Positions 1 to 8,485 of a stretch of 64,000 bases of DNA are shown here, piece by piece. Location of the stretch: assembly GCA_000964245.1 (NCBI GenBank), contig LANB01000001.1, positions 1,700,392-1,764,391 on the forward strand. The letters are read 5' to 3'. Every line of letters begins with the position of its first letter. Positions within the stretch are counted from its first letter, which is position 1. Made by a program: the position numbers and the translations under genes. This DNA is from Cellvibrionaceae bacterium 1162T.S.0a.05 (GTDB lineage Bacteria > Pseudomonadota > Gammaproteobacteria > Pseudomonadales > Cellvibrionaceae). The notes under the pieces are model-generated. The model ran no database searches. It saw only the letters and a list, made by a program, of their open reading frames with translations, and was not told the DNA's origin.

Positions 1-317
1 CAACGAGGTCAGGTTCGTGAGCCACAATTGTTTCGATACTGCTGATATTGTAGCCACCGACACGAGGTAAAGATTGAGCAGCGCTGGGAAAGTCTGCGTA
101 ATCGACGGTAGCAATGATGCGTTTACCGGCACCAATACTAAAAAGGTTTTCCGTAATGTGGGGTGCGAGAGCAACTATGCGCTGTGCGGCTTTCTGTAAG
201 CAGACATTGTTATCTTCATAATCCTTCACACAAAATTGCGGGTTTGCAAGAACGTCGGCAAACAGGGAAACGGCAAGAAGTGATGAAATTAATAGTGTTA
301 ATAAATGTTTAGCCATT
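1..317 (-). CDS. btuF: Periplasmic cobalamin/siderophore-type ABC substrate-binding protein (BtuF/FecB-like). N-terminal part only; the C-terminus runs off the window start.
   Basis: Own translation of the minus strand from the ATG at 317 gives MAKHLLTLLISSLLAVSLFA (signal peptide) followed by RIVALAPHITENLFSIGAGKRIIATVDYADFP, which is a typical BtuF/FhuD-type binding-protein N-terminus. It is last in the btuB-cobO-btuC-btuD operon. Confidence 0.6.
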
Positions 318-342
318 GTTAGGGTGCCGGACTCTTTTTAAC

Positions 343-1116
343 CTATAGATAGACAGGATAGCGGTCCACTGGGTGTGAAAATACCTTGCCGGTTGTGTCG
401 TATAGTGGGTTGAGCACGTCCTCCTTGAATACAGCCTCCGGGCTGCCATCAATGACGGTGCGACCTTGCTTTAAAGCGATAATGCGCTTTGCATAGCGCG
501 AAGCGATATTCACGTCGTGAACGATAAATATTACGCTCAACCCTCGCGCACAAAAATTCTCCAGCAATCGAAATAACATCAGCGCGTGCCCAGGGTCGAG
601 CGCGCTGCAAGGTTCGTCGAGAAGCAAAAGCGAATTTGGGCCGTCTCCGGGCCATATTTGTGCGAGTACGCGCGCAAGTTGGCAGCGCTGCTTTTCTCCG
701 CCAGACAGTTCGGTATAGAACATGTCTGCCTGGTGTGTCATATCCATCGCGTCGAGCGCTTCATCTACAATAGCGACATCCTTACCAAAGCCACTTGCAT
801 GTGGGTAGCGGCCAAGGGTGACGACTTCTCGCACGGTATAGGGAAAAGCCAGCACGCTGTGTTGTGGTAGGACTGCGAGTTGCCGTGCGCGCAATTCCGG
901 AGACCACTCTTTTATTTCGGTCTGTTGAAAATAAATTCGGGAACTCACGGCTATTTCACCACTTATACAACGCAACAAGCTGCTTTTGCCGGCGCCGTTG
1001 GGGCCGATGATTGCGCAAAGCTCACCGCTGTTGAGGTGTAAATTAATTGCATCGAGGACGCAGTGTTGTCCCAGCTTGAGACTGAGTTGTTCAACACAGA
1101 GTAGGGAATCAGGCAT
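343..1116 (-). CDS. btuD: ABC transporter ATP-binding protein, cobalamin/heme/iron-siderophore type (BtuD/HmuV/FecE family)
   Basis: Walker A GPNGAGKSS, ABC signature LSGGEKQR and Walker B LLLLDEP are present. The gene overlaps the permease stop (operon coupling). Confidence 0.85.
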   Translation of the reverse strand: MPDSLLCVEQLSLKLGQHCVLDAINLHLNSGELCAIIGPNGAGKSSLLRCISGEIAVSSRIYFQQTEIKEWSPELRARQLAVLPQHSVLAFPYTVREVVTLGRYPHASGFGKDVAIVDEALDAMDMTHQADMFYTELSGGEKQRCQLARVLAQIWPGDGPNSLLLLDEPCSALDPGHALMLFRLLENFCARGLSVIFIVHDVNIASRYAKRIIALKQGRTVIDGSPEAVFKEDVLNPLYDTTGKVFSHPVDRYPVYL

Positions 1117-2149
1117 GATGACCCCGCCGCAACAACAATATGAAAAAGGGTGCCCCGAGCAGCGCGGTAAGGAGGCCTACTGGTAATTCAGTCGGCGCAA
1201 AAATACTGCGTGAAAATGTATCCGCAAGGCTGAGCAAGATTGCTCCCCCCAGCGCCGAAGCGGGTAAGAGAACGCGGTGATTCGGACCGACTAGTATGCG
1301 CAGTACATGCGGTACGATCAAACCAATAAAAGCGATAGTGCCTGCGAGCGCAACAGCGGTACCAGTGCCCAGGGCGATAAAAATAATAAGATGTTTTTTG
1401 ATCTTTTCGACTTCAATACCGAGGTGACGGGCTTCAGATTCTCCGAGCAAAAAAGCATTGAGCGGCAAAGCATAAAAGCGGTAAGCCAAAAACAGTATGA
1501 ATAAGACGAAAGCGGCAATATACACCGAGAAATAATCCGCTCCCTGAAGGCCACCCATTCGCCACAAACTCATACGGCGCAGTTGTTCACTGTCCGCATA
1601 AAAATCCAGTAAGCCATTGATCGCGGACGTAAAGGCAGTGAGGGCGATACCCACCAATAACATGGTTAACACCGACCCCGGTTGAAGTTGTTGTGCAAGC
1701 TTGTAAACAAACACAACGGCGATAAGCCCCCCGAAAAAAGCGCCGAGTGAGACTAAACTGGCACCGCTGTGCGACAAGGACAAGCCCAAATGCCAACTGG
1801 CAGGCGCAAGTTGCAAAATACCGACAATCACCAGGCTTGCACCGAGTGAAGCGCCCGCAGTAACACCAATAAGCGAAGGGTCTGCCAATGCATTGCGAAA
1901 CAGACCTTGGGAAAGCGTGCCACAAAACGCGAGATTCGCACCTACCAGCGCGGCGAGTAAGGCACGTGGCAAGCGCAATTCAAAAAAGATTAGTTCATGT
2001 TGAACATTGAAATCGCCAAAGGGCAGAGCAACGGCTCCAAAAAAGCATGCAGCCAGTAAACAAAATAACAATATGGCAAACAAAAATGAAAACACCTTAA
2101 CCACAGGAAAACGCTTGTGTGTGAAGGCAGACACTAATGCTTCGCTCAT
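1109..2149 (-). CDS. btuC: FecCD-family ABC permease (BtuC/HmuU-like)
   Basis: 346-aa polytopic membrane protein. The GTLSQGLFRNALADPSLIGV and LLGAPFFILLLRR motifs are typical of the FecCD family. Confidence 0.85.
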   Translation of the reverse strand: MSEALVSAFTHKRFPVVKVFSFLFAILLFCLLAACFFGAVALPFGDFNVQHELIFFELRLPRALLAALVGANLAFCGTLSQGLFRNALADPSLIGVTAGASLGASLVIVGILQLAPASWHLGLSLSHSGASLVSLGAFFGGLIAVVFVYKLAQQLQPGSVLTMLLVGIALTAFTSAINGLLDFYADSEQLRRMSLWRMGGLQGADYFSVYIAAFVLFILFLAYRFYALPLNAFLLGESEARHLGIEVEKIKKHLIIFIALGTGTAVALAGTIAFIGLIVPHVLRILVGPNHRVLLPASALGGAILLSLADTFSRSIFAPTELPVGLLTALLGAPFFILLLRRGHHA

Positions 2150-2161
2150 CGGTCTAAAGGC

Positions 2162-2761
2162 CTAGTAGTCCACGCCTTTGCGTGCTTTGATACCGGCTTC
2201 ATAAGCGTGTTTACTGTTTTTAATTTCTGAAACCGTATCGGCGAGTGCGCGTAGCGCGCTACCACCACCACGGCCGGTGATCACCACGCTGAGTTGCGGA
2301 CTGCGTTTGCGTATGGCTTCTATGACTTGCTCCTCGTCCAGGTATTGGTAGGCAAGCATGTAAGTTAATTCATCCAGTATGAGCAAATCCAGTTGCTTAT
2401 CTTGTAAATGTTTTTCTGCTTCAGACCAGGTGCGTACAGCGGCGGCAGTGTCTTTTTCCCTGTCCTGGGTATCCCAGGTAAACCCGGTTGCCATTTGGTA
2501 AAAGGGAATTGCGGGAAGATGTTGCTTGATATAGATCTCTTCGCCCGATAACTGCTTCCCTTTTATAAATTGAATCACGGCAACTTTCTGCTCATAGCCC
2601 AGGGCGCGCAACACCATTCCAAAGGCCGAAGAAGACTTTCCTTTACCTTCGCCCGTTAATAACAGTACAACACTTTGTTCACTGTCGGCATCCAAAATGG
2701 CAGCGTCAACCGCGGCCTTTTGTTTTTCCATCGCTTTTTTATGTTTACTGTTTTTGTCCAT
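2162..2761 (-). CDS. cobO: Cob(I)yrinic acid a,c-diamide / corrinoid adenosyltransferase (CobO/BtuR/CobA)
   Basis: P-loop-like TGEGKGKSSSAFG and the conserved core IQFIKG...DELTYM are present. The size (199 aa) and position inside a btu operon fit. Confidence 0.8.
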   Translation of the reverse strand: MDKNSKHKKAMEKQKAAVDAAILDADSEQSVVLLLTGEGKGKSSSAFGMVLRALGYEQKVAVIQFIKGKQLSGEEIYIKQHLPAIPFYQMATGFTWDTQDREKDTAAAVRTWSEAEKHLQDKQLDLLILDELTYMLAYQYLDEEQVIEAIRKRSPQLSVVITGRGGGSALRALADTVSEIKNSKHAYEAGIKARKGVDY

Positions 2762-2805
2762 TCTTTACCGCCGTTCTGAAATTGTGATTAACGTTGAAGT
2801 CTGCG

Positions 2806-4689
2806 TTAAAAACGGTATTTAAGCCCGCCGTAGGCCGACGCTTCTGCGGCGTAGTAGCCGGGAACACTTTGGTAGGCTTCATCTGCGATATTTTCCATGC
2901 GCAGATAGAAGTCAAGGTTATCGTTAAATGCGTAGGAGATAGAGGCATCGAGCACAGAATAATTTTCCTGTTCACCAAGCGAAGCGACGTCGTAAATATC
3001 GGCGTTCGCACGCAGGTGCAACGCAAGTTGTAGACGCTCGTTCAACAGGTTTGCCAAAACACTCAAGGCGGCACTGTGTTTGGGAATACGGGAACGAACA
3101 CTACCATCGCTTTGTTCTGTATCTGTGTAACTGTAATTCAAGCGATAAGACCAGGTGGTTGAGAGAGGAACATCGGCGATGAGCTCAAAACCGCTGGCTT
3201 TGCTGTCACCGTCGCCCTGTAAATAGCCGGTGTAACTCAACAAGTCGTAGTAAATTTCATTTTCCACAGTTTGCGAAAAATAGATTGCCTCAAGGTGCAA
3301 ACCCTCACTGCCAAAATATTCCACACCGAGATCGAAGCCGCTGCTCTGCTCTTCTTCAAGTGCGGGCATGTCTACAGGGCCAAAGGCATTATTTAAATAC
3401 TCTTCATAAACAGAGGGTGCGCGAAAACCGGTACCGTAGCTCGCCTTGAATTTTAATTCGTCATCCTGATTAAGAGAGATTAATTTTGCCGCACCCAGGC
3501 GATAGCTGTTGTGGCTTCCAAAATCGTCGTTGTCGTCACGGCGCAAACCGGCATTCACAAAAATGTCGTGAGTGAATTCTCCAAGCAATTCAACATATAC
3601 GCCTTGTTGCCCTCTTTCATACTGGTCTTCACCGCTGATCGAATCGATATCCTCTGTTTTATCATCAAAGCCGAAAATCACACTGTGCTTACCGAGATTG
3701 GCGCGGCCCTTGTAGGCGAGGGTGTCTATGCTTCCTTTGGCGCCAAAAGAAAATTCGCCCTCAGAAAAATTATTGCGTTCAATTTCATTGCGACTATAGG
3801 AAAGTTCGTGAGTGCCGAAACCGTTGTAGTTCAATGCAAGGCGCTGGCTATCCTGCTCATAGTCAGAGAGGCAATTGTGAATAAAAGCAAACGTTGTTGT
3901 GGTGTAGCACCCGTCATATTCACTTTCACCTTCGACATGGCGATACGTGGCTTCCGCTGAGAGCTGCTCAAGAATTTGAACACTCACGCGAGAGTGGATC
4001 GTGGTATTGTCATAACCGTCGTCATCCCTGGTGTCGTCAACCACAAGGGTGTTAAACCCATCAGTTTCAAATTGGTTCGCCTGGATATAGAAGCCAATTT
4101 TTTCATGATTGTAGGCGAGGTCCCCGGCAAGCAGTTGTGTTGCATAACTTCCGGTTTGTGCTTCAATTCCGGCGCTCAAGCCTTCTTCTTCAGGGCGTCG
4201 GGTTTTGATATTTATCACGCCGCCGGCATCGGCACCGTAGGCAAGTCCATGCGGCCCGCGCAGCACTTCAATCCGCGAAAGTCCGCTACTTAAAATGTGT
4301 TCAGTAGACGCGACCGCTTGCGGTGCAGAAGGGTCCGCAAGGTCAATACCGTCCAGAAGAATCAAGGTTCGAAAGCCCGCTTCGCCACGGATACTGACCG
4401 ATGTGGCTTTGCCACGCCCGCCGTTGTTGGACACTGTTGTCGAAGGCAGGGTCGCTAAGGCTTCGCTGACGCTAAGATAACCAAGCTTCTGTAGTTCCGC
4501 TTCTGTGAGTAAGGACACCGATGTCGTCAGCTCGCGAAGCGCTTGCTCACTGCGCGAAGCCACAGTGACAGTCTGTTCTTGCAGGGCACTGGCCTGATCT
4601 TCAGCCTGCGCGAATGACGCAAATAAAGCGACCATACTGCACGTGATACAACGAGAAATTGCTAAGTGTGTAAAAGGTAAGTTCTTCAA
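2806..4689 (-). CDS. btuB: TonB-dependent outer-membrane cobalamin receptor
   Basis: Signal peptide, TonB-box region (EQTVTVASRSEQ), plug domain (NNGGRGKATSVSIRGEAGFRTLILLDGI) and C-terminal aromatic terminus (GGLKYRF). The size (627 aa) matches BtuB-type receptors. Confidence 0.8.
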   Translation of the reverse strand: MKNLPFTHLAISRCITCSMVALFASFAQAEDQASALQEQTVTVASRSEQALRELTTSVSLLTEAELQKLGYLSVSEALATLPSTTVSNNGGRGKATSVSIRGEAGFRTLILLDGIDLADPSAPQAVASTEHILSSGLSRIEVLRGPHGLAYGADAGGVINIKTRRPEEEGLSAGIEAQTGSYATQLLAGDLAYNHEKIGFYIQANQFETDGFNTLVVDDTRDDDGYDNTTIHSRVSVQILEQLSAEATYRHVEGESEYDGCYTTTTFAFIHNCLSDYEQDSQRLALNYNGFGTHELSYSRNEIERNNFSEGEFSFGAKGSIDTLAYKGRANLGKHSVIFGFDDKTEDIDSISGEDQYERGQQGVYVELLGEFTHDIFVNAGLRRDDNDDFGSHNSYRLGAAKLISLNQDDELKFKASYGTGFRAPSVYEEYLNNAFGPVDMPALEEEQSSGFDLGVEYFGSEGLHLEAIYFSQTVENEIYYDLLSYTGYLQGDGDSKASGFELIADVPLSTTWSYRLNYSYTDTEQSDGSVRSRIPKHSAALSVLANLLNERLQLALHLRANADIYDVASLGEQENYSVLDASISYAFNDNLDFYLRMENIADEAYQSVPGYYAAEASAYGGLKYRF

Positions 4690-4699
4690 GGTTCAACCC

Positions 4700-4950
4700 C
4701 GTTTAGTATTGCATTGGGATCGAGGGAGGCAAAAGAAGACGAGACTGCAAATGCAGGAAACAAGTCTGGATGGTAGCCCTCCGCTCCATCGTATTAAGTG
4801 TGATATTCACAGGCCGGTATCGGGCTTAGTACCAGAACTGCGTTCGGCACATCACCGTTGCGGGGGCAGCGTTGGAATGACAATGTTTGATCAGTTAACT
4901 CGAACTGAAGATTGGGTCACCAACTTCCCGTTTACCTTGCCCAGCATCTT
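4700..4950 (-). promoter_or_regulatory. Candidate cobalamin (AdoCbl) riboswitch in the about 470-nt btuB leader
   Basis: The 5' untranslated region upstream of btuB is long. The reverse complement contains GC-rich segments loosely resembling riboswitch core elements (cccGCaACgGTgA..., ...gcagtctcgtcttcttttgcc near the B12-box position). This was not verified by covariance model. Confidence 0.35.
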
Positions 4951-5165
4951 TGCGGCAAGCACCTGTAAACGCGGGCAATGTAGGGGATGTTTATGCTAAT
5001 GTCAACGTGGGGTCTGCTTGTGCTTTTTGGTCGAAGCGTATGATCGTGGCTTTTATTTCTGACTCAAGGCGGTGTCATTTGCTTATGAACATGGATCGTC
5101 TTATTGAAACACCACATCGGATAGCCGTTAATAACATTGCTGAATTAGAAGGGTTTTGAACGATT

Positions 5166-6824
5166 ATGTTTAGAAACTTTGTCATCGTACTCTTAATAGG
5201 CTTTATTGCGTATTTCTTTTATCTGGAAACCGAATTTCAACGCATGCCCAGGTTGAGCAGTGCTGATGCGCTGTTGCCGGATGGTAGCCGCTACTACGGT
5301 GAACTTAAAGACGGTGTTTTACACGGCAAGGGCGAGTTGCACTGGACGAACGGCGCGCGACTTAGCGGTAATTTTGTCGACGGTTTAATCGAAGGTGACG
5401 GGGAGCTAGCGCTTGCCGATGGTGGTCACTACACGGGAGGATTCGTTCAAGGCATGTTTCAAGGTCACGGTCGCTTGGAATATGCCAACGGTGATTGGTA
5501 TGAAGGTGAATTTGAAAAAGGTCTTTTTCAGGGGGTGGGAACCCTCGAAAGTCATGCTTTAGGCCGTTACGACGGTGAATTTAAACGCAATTACTTTGAT
5601 GGCGAAGGTGTGTTCACAGTAAACGGCGTAAGTTATAGTGGTCATTTTGAGAACAACGATTTTGTCAACGGAACAATGCTTGACCAGTCTGGAAACGAAT
5701 TTGAAGGTCAATTTAAAAACTGGATACTGAATGGTTCAGGGAGTTTTCGTAACCCCTCGGGCGACGAATATACCGGTAATTTTGTGGATGGCGTTTTGCA
5801 AGGTGAAGGTGAACACCGTGCTGTCACTGGAGAGTATTATAAAGGCGAGTTTCAGGATTTTTATTATTCAGGCATGGGTAAACTTGAGCTTGCAAATGGT
5901 GATTATTACGAAGGTGAATTTAACTTTGGTGAGTTTGATGGTAAAGGCAGCTACTACACCAAAACCGATAACGATGAACCCAAAGTTCTGAGTGGTACCT
6001 GGCGTTTTGGTGAAATACAACAAGGTTCACGAAATAAAAAGGAATCCGGGGAATATTTATCAAAATTTGAAAAGGCACTTTATCAGCAACCGGAACTTCT
6101 TGAGCAACAAGCGCAATCGGTTCAAGAAGGACAAGCAGGAAAAGCGGAATTATTTTTTCTAAGCGTCGCGGGTTATGGGAGACAAAAAGTCTTTCTTGAA
6201 GAGACAACACGTATTGCTGAACTGATGAATGAACATCAATTTTCAACCAACAGAAATTTTCAATTGGTCAATCATTACCGCGCTATCGACCAATTTCCGT
6301 TGGCAACACAAACGTCACTGAATATCGCCTTGGAAAATATTGCCGGCAAAATGAACCTGGATGAAGATATCCTTTTTCTCTATCTCACCAGCCACGGCAG
6401 TGAAAATCATGAATTCAGTATTGAACTACAAGGTGTAAAACTGCGGGATATTTCTGCAAAAGACCTCGCTGCGAGCCTTGAACAAAGCCCAATAAAATGG
6501 AAAGTCATCATGATTTCAGCCTGTTACTCAGGGGGCTTTATTCCGGAATTGGAAAATGAGCATCACCTGGTAATGACCGCGGCCCGCAAAGACCGTAAAT
6601 CTTTCGGTTGCAGTGATGACAGCACGATGACCTATTTTGCGCGCGCCTATTTCGAAGAAGCGCTGGACAAGAGTGGTGACTTTATCGCCGCTTTCCACCG
6701 AGCAGAAAAATTGGTTGCCGAATGGGAAGCACGTGACTTCCCCGACAGCGATGCATCACTCCCACAAATTTCTGTGGGCGCGGCGATAGAAGTGAAACTG
6801 CATGAGTGGCAACAGGGCTTGTGA
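5166..6824 (+). CDS. MORN-repeat protein fused to a C-terminal clan-CD cysteine peptidase-like domain (C13 legumain/GPI-transamidase-like His-Gly ... Ala-Cys dyad)
   Basis: An N-terminal TM helix is followed by about 12 MORN-type repeats (YxGEfkdGvlhGkGxL...). The C-terminal half has LYLTSHGSEN (His-Gly) and MISACYSGGF (Ala-Cys) at the spacing typical of caspase/legumain-fold peptidases. Confidence 0.65.
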   Translation: MFRNFVIVLLIGFIAYFFYLETEFQRMPRLSSADALLPDGSRYYGELKDGVLHGKGELHWTNGARLSGNFVDGLIEGDGELALADGGHYTGGFVQGMFQGHGRLEYANGDWYEGEFEKGLFQGVGTLESHALGRYDGEFKRNYFDGEGVFTVNGVSYSGHFENNDFVNGTMLDQSGNEFEGQFKNWILNGSGSFRNPSGDEYTGNFVDGVLQGEGEHRAVTGEYYKGEFQDFYYSGMGKLELANGDYYEGEFNFGEFDGKGSYYTKTDNDEPKVLSGTWRFGEIQQGSRNKKESGEYLSKFEKALYQQPELLEQQAQSVQEGQAGKAELFFLSVAGYGRQKVFLEETTRIAELMNEHQFSTNRNFQLVNHYRAIDQFPLATQTSLNIALENIAGKMNLDEDILFLYLTSHGSENHEFSIELQGVKLRDISAKDLAASLEQSPIKWKVIMISACYSGGFIPELENEHHLVMTAARKDRKSFGCSDDSTMTYFARAYFEEALDKSGDFIAAFHRAEKLVAEWEARDFPDSDASLPQISVGAAIEVKLHEWQQGL

Positions 6825-6857
6825 ATCGCGGTCGACCCAATTAAAAGGGTTGCATCA

Positions 6858-8033
6858 TTACTTGCCGGATTGAAAACCGATAAACGTTAATTTACGCCAA
6901 ACCCATTCGAGAGGTCCATAGCGCCGGTGCTGCACGTACCACATGGCGATAAACATTTGGACAAGCCAGCAAAGTATGCCGAGCAGTAAACTCCACGCTT
7001 GCCCAAGGCTGTCGTACCAGGCCAACCCAAAACCATAGTAAAGCGGCACGAATATCACGCTTTGGGCGATATAAAAGCTCAAAGTCATTTTCCCCGCGGG
7101 TGCAAAAGCAGAAAGTATTTTGCCGCCTAAATGTGTCTGGAAAAAAATCACAAAGAGCATGAGTTCAACCACAATCACACAAGAGTTCAAATAGTAGTTA
7201 AACAGTTCATTTGCGGCCCATGCGGCCATTTTCTGAGAAAAAAGTGCGGCGAAGGGGGTAGCGGTAAACTTTAGAATGAAAAACAGGAGGGCGGCTGCAC
7301 TGGCAATAATCAATAAGACGGACTTTTTGTGTACTTTTTCGAAAAACGCAAAACGCCCGAGTAAGTACCCACAAAACATGAGTCCAATAATATTCCATAA
7401 GCGCCCTGTTTCAATAAAAAAGGCCCATTTTCCTTTTTGCCCATTAAACGCATTGTAGTGAATGAGCTCGGGCAAACTGCCATGCGCAAACATCCGAAAG
7501 TTATTACCCATTAATTCCCAAAATGCTGGTTGCTCGTAAGCCTCTGACGGAAAAACACTGTGGTAGAAAATAATAAGAATTTGTGGCACTTGTAGCAGGA
7601 AAAACAAGCATAAGCCGCTAATCGCCCAAACCGGCAAGCGATAACACAGCACCAGAAGAATGCCACACAAGGCCAGGAGCTGAAGAATGTCACCGGCGTA
7701 GAGCAAACTGTGGAGATAGCCAAAAACTAAAAGCAGCGTAATTCGCCAGAGAAAGCGCCCGCGGAAATCAACACCGCGCTGCCGGTAATTGTCGAGAATA
7801 ATAAAAAAACTCAACCCGAAAAGCAGAGCAAACAAGCCGTAAGCCTTGCCACCGAAAATAAAGAAGATCAGATTGTGAATCCAGCCTGGCTCAGGTTTGT
7901 ACCAGTAGAGTTCAAAGTACTCCACCATATGGACAATAAAAAGCCCCATGAGGGCAAAACCGCGTAAGGCATCCGCAACAACAATACGTTCGCGTACGTC
8001 TGCAGTGAATTCTTTCGATTTAATTTCGCGCAT
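6858..8033 (-). CDS. DUF418/YeiB-family polytopic membrane protein
   Basis: The N-terminal RIVVADALRGFALMGLFIVH motif is typical of YeiB/DUF418, with multiple TM helices. The start was chosen at MREIKSKEF; a longer ORF to 8114 exists. Confidence 0.55.
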   Translation of the reverse strand: MREIKSKEFTADVRERIVVADALRGFALMGLFIVHMVEYFELYWYKPEPGWIHNLIFFIFGGKAYGLFALLFGLSFFIILDNYRQRGVDFRGRFLWRITLLLVFGYLHSLLYAGDILQLLALCGILLVLCYRLPVWAISGLCLFFLLQVPQILIIFYHSVFPSEAYEQPAFWELMGNNFRMFAHGSLPELIHYNAFNGQKGKWAFFIETGRLWNIIGLMFCGYLLGRFAFFEKVHKKSVLLIIASAAALLFFILKFTATPFAALFSQKMAAWAANELFNYYLNSCVIVVELMLFVIFFQTHLGGKILSAFAPAGKMTLSFYIAQSVIFVPLYYGFGLAWYDSLGQAWSLLLGILCWLVQMFIAMWYVQHRRYGPLEWVWRKLTFIGFQSGK

Positions 8034-8485
8034 CGACTTGAGGAACCAAGCGTTATTTTTCTTCCTGGAGGGGGAAGTGTACTGGAAAACCTTAAATCGT
8101 GCCTGAATACCCAATAGGTAAGGGTCGGCATTGAGTAGGAAATTCAGCTTATTCGCATTTGCCCATTGTTAACGGTTAGCAGTACGAGGTTGTAGCAGTC
8201 CTGGCATTCGCAGCCTGGTTTAGTGAGCGTAAAACCTCCCCATTCCCGCCAACCGCGCAGTGGAACTGGCTTCCGCTAACTCCCCAATCCAGCAATTCTT
8301 CATTACCAGACGGCCATTGGATTTCGCCTGAGCGGCACTTAAATAGGGGGCTGCGGGTGTATTTGCAAGCCAATCATCATATGATATCATCCATCAATGA
8401 TAATATAATAATATTTTATTCTCCGTTCTGTTCTATATCCAAATTGGTTCTAGCTAAAAATAATGATAATTGGGAGGAGTTCCAA

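Noticed and set aside
3511-4480. Several 60-150-aa ORFs on the plus strand inside btuB (3511-3960, 3976-4293, 4295-4480)
   Set aside because: They are antisense to a well-supported TonB-dependent receptor gene, with no RBS and no family resemblance. They are typical GC-rich shadow ORFs.
4643-5159. ORFs 4643-4999 and 4950-5159 in the btuB leader
   Set aside because: They lie in the long 5' UTR most likely occupied by a riboswitch. The sequences are Cys/Arg-rich nonsense with no start context.
8357-8485. Upstream extension of the TonB-dependent receptor ORF (start at 8357)
   Set aside because: The extension lacks an RBS and encodes a low-complexity Ile/Asn-rich peptide from AT-rich promoter DNA. 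The ATG at 8486 has a GGAGG RBS and a proper signal peptide.
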